Shown here: piece by piece, positions 29,035 to 42,049 of the stretch
How the letters are laid out: every line of letters begins with the position of its first letter
Position numbering within the stretch: position 1 is the first letter of the stretch
NCBI GenBank assembly: GCA_051362555.1
Contig: CM120641.1
Location: 13,578,001 to 13,642,000, forward strand
Reading direction: 5' to 3'
From: Lingula anatina
Lineage: Eukaryota > Animalia > Brachiopoda
DNA length: 64,000 nucleotides
Notes under the pieces: generated by a model
What the model was told of the DNA's origin: nothing
What the model saw: the letters and a program-made list of their open reading frames with translations, nothing else
Databases searched by the model: none
Made by a program: the position numbers and the translations under genes

Positions 29035-30291
29035 ATGCCACCAGCAGGGGCGGAAGCTTGGGCAGTCCGGTCCAAGGTCCGAGATGACCACCTTGACCAC
29101 TCAAACCCGTACTTCAAGAGAAACGCATCAACCTCAAACGTGTCACCATACTTGGAATGTCGCGTTACTCCGCGCAAAGAACCAGGCATCCACACGTACT
29201 ACGATAAAACGAAAACATTCAGTGGAAGCTACAGCAAAGACGACTGGGACGTAAGACCTCAGAGTCGACAAGAAAAAAAGGTGGATACATACATTCGTCG
29301 CAATGCTAGCACAAATGCAATACACCCTAAGGGATTGCACAGCAGCTTTGAAGAGCCTCCAGACACCATGTACCTCGAAGATCATGATTATGTGGAAGAG
29401 ACCCCAAGTCAGGAATCCAGTGAGCGGTGGGCGTGGACCCCTCGTACTAAAACCCGAGATGAGAAGTTGTACGAAAGTTTTAAAAAAAGAGGGATAAGTA
29501 CTAGTAACATATCGCCCCAACTGGCCACCCGGCAGACATCACGACAGCGTGAGACCGAGGACTATCATGAGTACACCAGAGAACGACCACGCAGCAGTCA
29601 AGAGGCCCACAGGAGAAGTCACACGACTGGGGATTTGGACACGAAACTTGGGGCGTCTACGATGAACTATTCCTACCCTGCAGATTACCCTATTCAGCCG
29701 CGAGTAGTACGACCACAAGGCGAAAAAATTGCAACCATGAGTAAAGGTGGGCGAATGGAAGATTACATCGGAACCAAATCTGAGCACCTATCATACCCCA
29801 AGGACTACCCCATTCATCCTCGTGTTGTCAAACCAGAAGCTAGAGAGATAGCAGAACTAAGCAAAGGGAAGCGTATGAAGAGGCTCATTCACGAATACGG
29901 TCACCTGACCCCTTCACCAAGGCCCGTGCCACGAATAAAACCAGAGGCAGAAGACATCGCTGAAGGGCATCGCGGAAAGCCAGTGGCTATGCTGCTTGGT
30001 TCCTACGGGAAGCTGGGACCACCAACCAGGCGCGTGCAAAGGATCAAACCCGAGGCCAGGCAGGCTTACGAACCCCACCGTGGAAAACGAATGGCGCGAA
30101 TTATCAAGCAACAGCGGACAGGGCGCTCGGCCAGGTCGGATAGCTCGATGAACAACCTGCGTCTTGATCTGGAAAAACTTAACACCAGAGATGATTATGA
30201 AGATCCGTTCAGTTCAAACAAGCGTCCAAAAAGTAGAGATGATACGCGTTCTGAAAGTTTCCACAGAAGAAATAACACGACGTGGTGGTGA
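29035..30291 (+). CDS. Uncharacterised tandem-repeat protein A (418 aa, intronless CDS); paralogue of 45725-47197
   Basis: Long, GC-elevated ORF. Four ~37-39 aa repeats ([28 protein letters not shown]) plus 4-5 'W/RPxSR...ESFxRRNxST' motifs. Collinear with the second ORF (shared KRNAxTSNVSP.[43 protein letters not shown]). AATAAA at ~30452. Confidence 0.9.
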   Translation: MPPAGAEAWAVRSKVRDDHLDHSNPYFKRNASTSNVSPYLECRVTPRKEPGIHTYYDKTKTFSGSYSKDDWDVRPQSRQEKKVDTYIRRNASTNAIHPKGLHSSFEEPPDTMYLEDHDYVEETPSQESSERWAWTPRTKTRDEKLYESFKKRGISTSNISPQLATRQTSRQRETEDYHEYTRERPRSSQEAHRRSHTTGDLDTKLGASTMNYSYPADYPIQPRVVRPQGEKIATMSKGGRMEDYIGTKSEHLSYPKDYPIHPRVVKPEAREIAELSKGKRMKRLIHEYGHLTPSPRPVPRIKPEAEDIAEGHRGKPVAMLLGSYGKLGPPTRRVQRIKPEARQAYEPHRGKRMARIIKQQRTGRSARSDSSMNNLRLDLEKLNTRDDYEDPFSSNKRPKSRDDTRSESFHRRNNTTWW

Positions 30292-31852
30292 AAAAAATTC
30301 GCACCAGTTTTTAGAATTTTACCCGAAAGAATGACCATTTCAATTTGGAAAAAAAAGTTCATATTGCCTATTAAATTTTGGACTCTTGGGTCTTAATAAC
30401 TGCGTAAAATACTAAATGTCGCAGTTGCTGATACGATCTCAATATTCTGAAAATAAAATTGAACTTTTGTAAAAGTGCCCATCTTTCAATAAGTTACGCT
30501 CACCTTTAAATATATATCTTGGTTTGATTCGTATTAAATGACCGGTCACACACACAAATTTACAAACGCTTGCAGGCGGATCTCCTAACAGTTATTTCTA
30601 CGATGATAGAGTTAAGTAAGTTGATTATTATCACTTATTCGTGCAGAAACCAATCCTTTTTCTAAATACTAAGGTTGAATAATTTGGTTTAGAAAAATAC
30701 CTTTTCCATAATAAATATATACAGAATGAATAAAACGCAACTACGGCTGAGTGTATAAAAAACTCGGATCTTTTTATTTTTATTTCTTCTAATAAGCGCT
30801 CCTTACCTTATGATACTCAAAATAAACAGATATATTGGAGTTGTTATAAGCATAAAAAGGACGACTTACAATAGCAATCGACAGCGGAAAACTTAATTCA
30901 TAGAATCGACGGAGAAAGTTAGCTCTGGGTATCCATGCTCTTTGTAAGCAGTTTTTTTGTAAATTCTGTAAATATGCTCATATCAAGCGATATGATAATT
31001 GGAAACCGAGTGGGGTTTACGAGTGTACACAATATAGTCCCATTAACCAAAGCGTTGTGAGACGTGCACAGCCTCTTCTCTAACACATTTTATAAACGGT
31101 GGACAGATGGTTCATTTCGTTGATTGCAGTAATCTTGGGCAAGAAGCCACCGTGATGCGGTACAGAAGACGGATGACTATCATCTGGCAAAGGGGCCTGT
31201 CTTAAATAAGATCAGTGGGTACATGAGAAATGGGTTCTATATAGGTTGGTGGATTACAGGGTAGTCAGGAATGCAACGCATAAAGAAATAAAGAAACAAA
31301 AACAAACAAACTTATAAATAAATAAATAAATAAATAAATATAAGTTGCAGTGGGCCCTTACAATAATCATGACAATTTTTTCTAAATATTATTATCTTAC
31401 ACTCTTTAATTTTCTCCTCGCCTCATGATATGTCATGAAATCGAACACTGTTTTATCTCTGTTCTGAAGAGAGGTGAATTTCATTACCCCTACCCCTACT
31501 CCTGTCTTTCCTCCTTCACAGATTCCTCTGTTTTCACCCCCTTAGTTTCCAATCATGGATTTTCACTTATAAATTATCGCATGCGTTTTCGTGTGCCTAT
31601 AACATAAATGTACATGTACATAGCCGACATGGGTTTGTAAACTTCACCTTATACTTTTATGACTTCAGATAATGAGACGAGTGGTGTATTTATCGACATA
31701 ACGCTTAACTACTTCATCTATATTCTGTGCAGTAAGCATATCAAGTAGTTCATTCTATATGTTGTAAAACTCTCTTGACAATTCAGGGTTGAGGCCATTT
31801 TGGAAATTATTATCGATCGGCATGAAGCGAAAAACGAATGAGAGTGGTAAAA

Positions 31853-32617
31853 ATGGACGTCACAGTCCTTTACGTTCTGTCTTTGTGTACTGTCATTTTT
31901 ACTGTTTTACACGAGGAGCTGTGTTCCGCGACGCTAACCAATTCTACAAAAGGTAAGTATTAGATACTTGGGCAAATATCTTGCTCATTTTGGCAATATA
32001 TTGCCATGATTGAGGTTTCATATGACGCCACCTGATTCGGACGGTTGCCAAATGTGCCTTAGGTTTGCTTCAAGACGTAGTAACATAAACATAACAATTA
32101 CTCTTTATAAAAAAATTGGTAATATTTAATTGCATTAAGCACATTAAAAAGTTTATGACCTAGAGGCAATTGATAAAATGAGGTAAGTATCGAGACGTAC
32201 TTAAATATTCATGAGCAAGGTCAACAACTAATGGCACACGTATATATGCTTTATTTACAACTCAAAACCTGTAATTTTGGTATTTAAATTTGCTTTGCTG
32301 AAACGAATTTTTTAATTAAATTAAATAGCTAGAAATATTATTTCTTAGACAACGACATCATGAGATCAGGCAATGACACCTTGCCGACAACCAACATCAC
32401 CTCAGAGAACAGTACGGTCTTCTTTCCAGTCTCTAGCTTACCTTCCACTTCGAATTTGACAGAAACCACCCCACACTTGAATGAAAGTACAGGTGAGGTT
32501 TGTTATTGTGTTTTTGAGAAGAGATATAATATTTTTTTAAAGTAAGAAGCGTTATCTATTTTGTAGCACTTATTTTTACTTGTTATATCTGTGGTCAACA
32601 CAGAGGAATCATGTTTA

Positions 32618-32653
<36 letters not shown>

Positions 32654-33654
32654 CACTGTCACACACACACACACACACACTCATATATATTCTGAATTTA
32701 TGGTTATAGAGAATTTTAATTGCTATGTAGATTAGAGATAAGACCTCAGCAAGTTGAGTTACCAGTCTCACCTGTCCCAAAACTTTATTGGGCTCTTAAA
32801 CCCTCTGTTGGATCACACATAAAAAATGTCAAATACAGTTTTTTTACCCATTTTTATAGTTATTAAATAGTTAAAGGGCTGTATTGATCAGTACTAGCGC
32901 TCCATTAAATCCAAATTGCATTGAAACCCAAGACGCCATTATGCCATTACGGTTTTGGTAAAACACGCGTTTTAGAAATATAAATCTATGAATAACATGT
33001 AACCCTCTTTATTATAATCATGTGTATATAGTAGTCATGGTTTTATGATTACATGCCCAGATATTTAACCTGATATTCAATGCTTATTTTTGATCAGTTA
33101 CTGACAGGAGTCTTGATCTGACTTGAACTTTATTTAGCCCAGATTTAGTCCCACTATCTGAAACTATATTGTATATACTGTATTAAGGGTAATTTTTGGT
33201 AATGTTCCTCCTGTGGTATACAGGCTATGTATGCTTACATGTATGAACGATTATCACTTTAAAATCCCCCCCCACACACACACACACACAAAATATAATA
33301 AATAAAAAATAAACAAATAAATAAATAAATAAAAGAAGTCCATAATCAGGTCCAGGATTCTCTTTATTCGGTATCATAAAACCACAAAAATATAGAACGT
33401 GATGCACAGACAGACAGACACTGTCTGTTCCCTGATTATTTTGAAATCGATTCTTGCATTAATCTCACATTTCCGCGTAGTTCTTATTAGAGCGATTGTT
33501 TGTTGTTCAACTCCGTCTAAATCTCATGCCCCATGACAATTCAAACCGTGACTATGACATATTGAGATCCAATAATTGCGTTACAACCACTGTTGTTCTT
33601 TATTCAAAGTTTTTTAGATTATATCTAATGCCAAAATAGTGAAGGACTGTAGCC

Positions 33655-33692
<38 letters not shown>

Positions 33693-34908
33693 CAATGCTT
33701 ATTCAGCATGTTCATGATGTCCGGTGTGGAATAGAGTCAGCTTTTTCTCCTAATAAGGCACCCTGCCCTGAATTATTATTTTTTAAATCTAGGTGTGAAT
33801 CTTAAGTGAAAAAAATTATAACGTGCAAGATTTTATAAAACTTACCACTGACGCCGGCAGGTCTTTATTTGCCTTTTTCAAATACAACTTGTTCATCTGA
33901 AAAACGCCCCCTTAAATTTAATGCATTTATAGACATAATATACAAATATATGATTTATCTAGTGTTTGCTTATTTTCAGTGGAGTCATGTGAAAGGGATT
34001 ACTTTCAGTGCGGCAATGGAAGATGTGTTTTGTTGGTCGATCGTTGCGATGAATTCGACGATTGCGGAGATCAATCAGACGAAGTAAAGTGTCACATGCG
34101 TAAGTGCCATTACTGTCAGCTCACCAATAACCAACTTAAAGAATCTGTGAAAGCATTAAATGTTACAGTTAATCAATGGGATCTGTGACCGACCTGCTTA
34201 TAATGCAGACCTGCCCTTGGGTGTTTTGGCTTTTATTTAATATATTGGGCGATATGAATGAGTAAAACACAATTGCGATATTTTGCTTCAAATTTATAAC
34301 GATATTTATCGTACGGAAGTATGCAGAGTTTATATATGGGCTCATTCTTTGTATGAAGTTACATCAGTTGCCGTAATAATCGATGAAGTTGTTTTGTTCA
34401 AGTGCAACAACATTGCAGACAGCATTAATGCTGATAGTGAAGACTTATGACATTTGAACTTTTTGTAGAAAGCCTTTTTGTGATGTGAATTGACTCAACC
34501 AGGATTTCTGATTACAAAATGCCACTACCACCATAGATTTAAGAGTAGCATTGCTCGTTTTATTCTCTATATTTAATTATGACGACGTCGTATTGTCTAA
34601 ATAGGAAAGAGAGACAAATATCACGTAATTAATCACCCTGAACTTCGGGATAGATGTTAATATAATAATTAGCCGTATTACCCATAGGCACAAGGAATAA
34701 ATACAGTGAAATCTACATTAATTGATTCTCTTCCGTTTTAGCATGGGACAAGACTAATGTGATAACTTGGCCTTCCACGCTGGGGATCACATTTGCTGTG
34801 GTTGCCGTTGGCTTTGTATTGGCAGCGGTGGGGGCAATGGTTTTTGTCAATAAAAGAGAAAGCACAGTAAGATACCAGCAGCTGAACACTACCAGACTGT
34901 TTTGTTGA
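31853..34908 (+). CDS. Small type-I membrane protein with a single LDL-receptor class A module (LDLRAD/CD320-like architecture), 4 exons, ~176 aa
   Basis: Exons 31853-31952, 32349-32492, 33980-34099 and 34742-34908, all introns phase 1 and GT-AG. Signal peptide MDVTVLYVLSLCTVIFTVLHEELCSA; Ser/Thr-rich region with several N-x-S/T sites; LDLa CERDYFQCGNGRCVLLVDRCDEFDDCGDQSDEVKC; TM LGITFAVVAVGFVLAAVGAMVFV; tail NKRESTVRYQQLNTTRLFC*. An in-frame upstream ATG exists at 31838. Confidence 0.88.
32619..32680. repeat. Imperfect (CA)n microsatellite
   Basis: Interrupted AC run in intron 2 of the LDLa gene. Confidence 0.9.
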
Positions 34909-35489
34909 GACTGATTCATTCTAAGTACCTGGTGTATCAGCGGAGAAGATTTTTTTACATTCGAATTTTGTCTGGAATTCACTAAATGATCTCATCCCAC
35001 TGGTATCTCCTCCTACACACTGTGGCTATGGTAATAACAGATGGCATGTCAGTTCGTAAATCGGTTAACTGTTAAACTGATGTCGGATAAAACGGAAAAG
35101 TTAAAAATAATCCCACACAGGTAAACATGTCGAGACACTGCCATATGATTGTTAGAACAGACTGATAAATACCACACACACACACACACACCTCGAAACC
35201 CGACGGTCATGAGATCCATTCGTACCATTTCTGCTGAAAAATGGAAGATTCATGATGTTGCACAGCAATGTATCAGATTAAAAGACGAGTAAAAATCACA
35301 TTATTGATCAGCGATGGGTTTGATATCAAGTTATTTGCAAAAATATGTGCCATGTAACGATATTTAATAAATTGATATATGAAAGAAGTCCCACACTTTT
35401 TTCTCCATTTTTATCTTTTGTTGTGATAAAAATCTGTGGTATCGGTGTCAAGGCTACATATTTCTATATATATCAATCCTTGCAATCTG

Positions 35490-35825
35490 ACTTTGAGTTT
35501 AACTATATCTTTATCCTTAAATGCCCTCACTACAACACGATGAGGCAGAAAGATATTGAGAAATTTTATTATACAAAGCCAAGTGTCTTTAAATTAATTA
35601 AATTACTATCACTTAACAATGTATCGCAATTAAACAACTTAGGAAAATACCTGAAATGTGCATCGGAACTAAGATTAATGTCAGTCCGATGAATTATTAT
35701 TATCATTATTATTATTTTTTGTATCAGTAGTAGTTGCTGTAGTAATGGTAGATGATTATAACTTCTTATTGTCACTGTTTTATATTCTGATGAGCCGTAG
35801 GGCTCAAAGGTTTAATAAATTGAAA
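35490..35825 (+). mobile_element. 5'-truncated 3' end of a non-LTR retrotransposon (CR1/L2 group, Crack/Daphne-like)
   Basis: Residual ORF2 C-terminus EFNYIFILKCPHYNTMRQKDIEKFYYTKPSVFKLIKLLSLNNVSQLNNLGKYLKCASELR resembles the post-RT 'DE.H..L.CP.Y...R...I..YY..PS..K' motif. It is followed by a 3' hairpin GAGCC-GTAG-GGCTC and AATAAATTGAA. Confidence 0.7.
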
Positions 35826-36167
35826 TATCTGAAAACAACATCATGATCACCTCATGTAGCAGCGCGGCTACAAGAGTAAATACTAAAAATAAATACCAGG
35901 TTTATTCTAGTGAGTGTACAAGATAATTAGTCCCGCACTATCATCTTAATTAGGTTAAAAACTAGAACGAGTTTTATGGACCAATGGAAATCAACCTGCC
36001 AAAATAACTTTATGTCAGACCATGGAGACACTGGTTTGATTTATCAACCTGCTTCCCATGTGACGTATCAGGTGTATAGATAAGAAAAGTAAACAGTTAA
36101 AGACATAAAGACGAGGTGGGGAAGTAACTGCCGTGCACTCCTACAAAACCTGGGGACAGTGAACAAC

Positions 36168-37967
36168 ATGATCAACGACCGGTGAGTTACAGTGTTATTC
36201 GTCTTCATGGAATGTTATATTAGATTTAGACTATGCAAGGCGATACAGGTCAGTGCGCTTCATCTTCTGGTAGGTTCCTATTTAGATTTAGGTTTACATT
36301 CAGATTGAGGCGAAGAATTTAAATATGTATTTCAAATACGACTGAAACTGTATTATCCGACGTGTGTATCAGAATTCTGCTTATCAAAAACAAATACTGA
36401 ATGAAATGACATGACATTTAAGGTGAAAAAGTTACAGTATGTCACTGCCGACATGGTATTTATAGGCAAAAGGCGAAATAATAAAAAAACTAAGATGATG
36501 GGGTATTGAAAGTATCATTAAACTTTAAAATCAGGTTCTCATTGTGGTAGCATTTTTCAGCGTTAAATGTTTTCTCTATCCTAGAAATGCCACAAATCTT
36601 ACCTTATTTAATAATAATAGTGGTGCTATCAAGTTACGTTAAGGAATGCATAACTTTTATTTATATTTAGTTTGAATATAGTTAGCATTAACTCCACCCT
36701 TCTAACAATAGTAATAACAGAAACGGTATGGTTTTTTGCAGGCCCGTGCACGTATACATGTATTTGTTACATTTTTATATGATTAAAGGTCTTGAACCGT
36801 CAGGAATGATCTACTCTTATCTTATCCTATCCTATCCCGTTATTTGGGCTACATATATTAAAAAATGTTGTCATTTTTCACGTCGTGAGTTTTAATAAAC
36901 AGAGATGATTTTAATGTTTGACAGGCTCGAGCAAACCTACATGCATATTACACGACAGGAAGTATGTATATTGATAGCTGGTATACTTCAAGAAAACGAG
37001 TTTCACAAACCTTCAAAAGCACTTAAAATGTTATTTATAATATGCATCCGCACCTTCTTTAAGTGAAAAATTCTACTAGAAAAGCAAAGTTTCCGGAATT
37101 TACGTGTTGTTTTCATATCTTACAATGAAACAAGCATATATTGTGTACGTGCATGTAGGACAGGAATTAAATGATAGCAGACAATTACTGATGACAATAC
37201 GGTTTCCAGCTTGTCATAAGACGTGTAATCAAAATAGATAATAATTAACGTCTTTTACAAGATCATTTAAGTTACTATGAGTTTCGTGTATTGTCATTAA
37301 TAATTAATTGAAGGCTTTGATGAATACTTCACCTTCAGTCAAATTATTCAAATAACAATAAGTGAACAGGTCATAGTTTGAGCTGAAATTTATATAGCTT
37401 TTTACTATTTATGATATTATCGTCAAAGGCCTCAATCTTTTTAATAAAAAAATCTTACTGCCCGTGGGTAGTCAGCGTTTGCCCGAAAGCTCCCCCCTAC
37501 ATTTTGTATCAGTGAATGCCTGGTCGACCTTTAAGACAATCATAGTCACGTGTGCCATCGTAAACTGGCACAGTCTGATAATGAAAATACGTCCCAAGAA
37601 CCATCTGAGATAAAAGCGTCCTGTTAGCATTCCAAGTCATGCATTTGGCACGTGCCTAAATAGGTACAGCTTCTGATTAGAATAAGTACAAGTTCTCAGC
37701 ATATATCTCGGCTAGCGAATGAAATAACCAACTATGTCTAAACCGAATTTTTCGACAGATGAAAAATGGGAAATAACTGGATACAGACTAAAGACAGACT
37801 GGCGGTAGACATTTTTATATTAAAATATGATCAATTATTATAGAAAAGCTAAATAACATGTTTTAATATAGAAATATGTATACTGCAACACAAAATGCAC
37901 CGATAAGCAAACAAAGTGAGGTTTGTTTTATTCTAAAGATTCTTTGGTGAAAAATTTTTAATAAAGG

Positions 37968-38039
<72 letters not shown>

Positions 38040-41000
38040 AAAGGATGGGTGGCGTTAGGGGTAAGATACTGTAAATCATACGATCAAGTTTATCAGTAAA
38101 TTCATTATATACATTTATGTCTCCGTGATCTAAAAGGACTTAAATAATATGACATACCAATTAAAAGAATAGGACAAACTCAAGTATGATGTTCGAAATT
38201 TGGCCGATGACGGCCGCACTCATCGAAGGTCCCTCTGATAAGAGAAGCTTTGTGATAAACATCGAATAATGTTGAGTAATGATATTTACGTAATGCTTCC
38301 GCATGAAAAATCTAGAGTTAATATATAATTTCCAAACAAATAGTGCACATGTTTCAATGTGTAGGGTTGCAAAGAGGCAAGCTAAAAGTTGTGTAAGCCA
38401 AGAGTAAAACAATTGTGTAGTATAGGTGCACAGCCAAACATGGTTGTACATGTAGCTAGATACCTACATTTTAAGACGTAGTAGATAACCGCCTATGTAT
38501 ATAGTGTTAATGTACATGTATAGCAGGTTTAAGTTATAAGAAGGTTGTAAAAGCGACAGAAACAGTAAAAGATTTTTGTTGGTTTTTGCTGCTGTAGGTT
38601 TTCCTTATTTTCATTATTATTATTGTAAAAATTATCAGAATACACGTGCAAAATGCTCCTGATAAAATAATATAATAAAGGGTAAATCATAGTTGCCTTT
38701 TTTTATACAAAAAAGGATCAACAATAGTTTATTCGTTGGAGCCCCCTTGCCACATTATTACCAAAATTATTGTCAAAAGTCAACAACATACCTACCACTA
38801 ATACTTAAGTTCCAAAATCGTTTACTTACTCATTTATTCAAATAAAAGAAATCTCAACTTCATTTTCAAATTGATATTATCTTTTTTAGGCACCATGATA
38901 CATTCAACCCGTTAGAGCGAAATATGGAAGCCGTCTGCCAAAACGCCGAGAGTGTGATTCAGTTGGAATGCGCTGTAGCATACGGATGACACAAAGCCAG
39001 GAAGTTACATAAACAATCGACACACCCATTTGTATAGCTAAACTCACATTGCATCTTCATTATTATTTATCTCAATCGCAGCATTTTTATACTTCGGTAG
39101 ATAAATACGAAAAGTTGTTTTGCTTTCTGAGAACTCAACTGTGCAGGAGATATACACAATTTGAAGAACCGAAAGCTCAGTTCAGCCAACTAGACATCAT
39201 GAAAAGCTCAACCTCCTGTACAAGTTTGGTAGACAATAACATGTCTACAGTTATAGAAAATGAAGAGGATGAAGAAAACTCGGTAATTTTCATTTATTTT
39301 ACTATTGTCAGTGTCTTAGAGAGAAAGGGGCTCTTATCTTCCTATTTTTAATTGCACTCAGCTCTCAAAAACAATTTTAGCAAATAAAAAAAAGATCCTC
39401 AAAATATTTTGAATACTTTCCTCAGCCTTGATGAACTATTGCCTCTGACTTCTTAGCACTTCCATTTTGCTTGCCACTACATGTACTTATTATAAGAAGA
39501 GCTATTGTGGTTTCTAGCTTTATTTTCAAACATTCAAAAACTTTTTCTGCTTTACAGATCGTCACAGCATACAAACCAGACAAGGTCCGGCTGCTGCTGA
39601 CCATACTCCTTACGCCTCTCACCGGTGGCATTCTTTTGCTCTTCATATATTGGAGGTCAGATTGGAGGCTGAAGGTGACACACAGTCCCTGTGAGTTAAA
39701 AGAAGCCACCAAAGTTTTAATCAAAGTAAGTGGGGCTATTAATCTCACTGGTCAAATTATTGAATCAAATAGACAAATATAAGGTTTTCAGTAACGAATT
39801 AATGTCCCTCTTTTACATTGTTACCCTTGTATGATTTGTACATTATATTTTAGAATATGATGCTGTAAGAAGTTGTAGTAGGGCCTACACATTTTTATGT
39901 CTCTTCATTAACTCAAGCGAAAGTATAAGTAAAGGACAAACACAAATATGGTGTTCGAAATTTGGCCGTTGACGGCCACTTTTATTGAAAGGTCCCTCTA
40001 GTAAGGAATAGTGTAAGGTTATTATATAGAATTAAATGATGTTGACTAAATTAAAATTAGGTTATATTTTAGCATGAATAATAAATATCCAAACAAATAT
40101 TGCACATGTTTTCATTTTGGGAGTTGCAAAGAGGCCAACAATTGAATTTATTCGGTAGCCAATTCAACAAAAGATTGCAGACACACACGGTTGCTTCTTG
40201 GTCATTTGAATTTACTTTCAAAAAAAAAAAAAAAAAAAAAGATAAATATTGAAGTCAAACAAAAACAAAAAATTGGATCATTATCTTGGTTGGGCCATTT
40301 TAGTGAGTAATGCTTAAAAATACGCCCGAAGCTACTGGAAAAACAGCACGTTTTTAAGCGTCATTTATCCGGGGGAGGGGGTGGACCTGGGAATGTCAAT
40401 TTTATAATTTCAAGAGTGCTTTTTACAAAAATTGACCACTAAGAGCGTCTTTTACACCTATATTTTAACACCTTTTTAATAGCTTTCAAATTACTAAGTT
40501 TAATCCGTAAACAAGTTTTTTTAAACATTCCTCTTTCAAGTGCTTTTAAGTTAAAACTAAACACCCCCAAATACATTTAAATAAAATTATCTCTTTTAAT
40601 AGCTTTATTATTGCGGACACACACGACTGCTTCTTTTAATTGTTTTAAAAAACAATCATGAGAAGCGTTGTCAAAGATCAAACTTACCTGAACGCGTGAT
40701 ACTAGTAGGCCTACTTCCCTTTTTTTTATAAGGAAAACTCTCCCGAGATTTTCCCATCTCGGTGCGGTTCATTCTTTTGAGTTGCTTGTCAGACCTACCA
40801 AAGATTGCCCAAACTCTGGGACCTGGGATTCATTGTTACCAATGTGAAAATCAATCCCATCACTAATAGAAATTATTATTTCGTTAACCATAGGATCAAT
40901 ACAAGCAACTATTTGTAGAAGACGTCATCAGCACCAATTATGAGAGAAGATCATCCCAGACTGAGGAGATATACCGGATTGTCTCACTGAGATATTTTGT

Positions 41001-41974
41001 ACATAAAGAAGTTCGTTACATTTGGGAAAATGCAACATTTTCTCGACTTGTGTATGTATATGTATGGCGTTTTTTGTCGGGGTGCATTAATTCACCAATA
41101 ATTAAACCCATCCTAGGATGTTGGATCCTTGGCCCACCTTAGTTTCTTTGTCCATCGTCTTTTTAGGTTTTAGTTAAGAAATTAGATGATATTAATCTAA
41201 CATGTAGGCTACTTGCAAACAAAGTGTATGTAGCGAACGTTCCTATGACCTATATAACCGAAAATAAAACTGACAAAAACGTTGAATTACATCAAATTAT
41301 ATTTTTCGTGTTATTGACATACACATTCTTACTTGCAGAGGCCTGGAAAAAGGCAAAGAATGCGCCCATTTCCACAAGATCTCGCACGGCATGCCGAGAT
41401 CAGAGCAGACAAGTCAGCGTGTTTTGTATGGCACCAACTGTATAGTCATCCAAGTCAGGTCTTATCTGGACCTGTTTTTCAATGAGGTTACTATAGAGCT
41501 GCAAGTTATCTTAAAAAGATAAAATTACTGTACTACTTTTGCTGTACTGCTTTTTGGGTTTCGCAAATTCCATTAAGTAATATCTCAAATAAAAAGCAGT
41601 GAATTAAGAATATCAAAAAAATGTTTTATTGAATGGATATACGCTGAACACGTGCCTTGACTCAATTTTCTATGGGATGTGGGAAAACAAAAAAAAAAAC
41701 AAAAACAAAAAAAAAATGGCAGTCAAATGCAGAGATGTTTTGTGGTAACATAGAAAAAAAGTTGATTTTCTATATCAATCTCTTAGCTACAAATTAAAAT
41801 ACCTTTATTCTCCTTTAGGCCCTGAACCCGTTCTATATCTTCCAAGTGTACAGTGTGACTGTGTGGATGGTTCAGTTGTATTTTCTGTATTGTGGCTGTA
41901 TCATGGTACTATCTACGATATCCATTGCTTTGTCAGTCTATGAAACCAGAAGGGTAACTATGAAATACACACAG

Positions 41975-42049
<75 letters not shown>

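Noticed and set aside
29143-30111. Several antisense and alternate-frame ORFs over the repeat-protein genes (also 46017-47044)
   Set aside because: Shadow ORFs of GC-richer coding sequence with no independent features.
34713-34982. 89-aa minus-strand ORF
   Set aside because: Antisense shadow of the TM-encoding last exon of the LDLa gene.
35787-35812. CTGATGAGCCGTAGGGCTCAAAG resembles a hammerhead ribozyme core
   Set aside because: The required GAAA after stem II is absent (TCAAA) and no stems I/III are evident. It is better explained as the 3' stem-loop of the LINE fragment.
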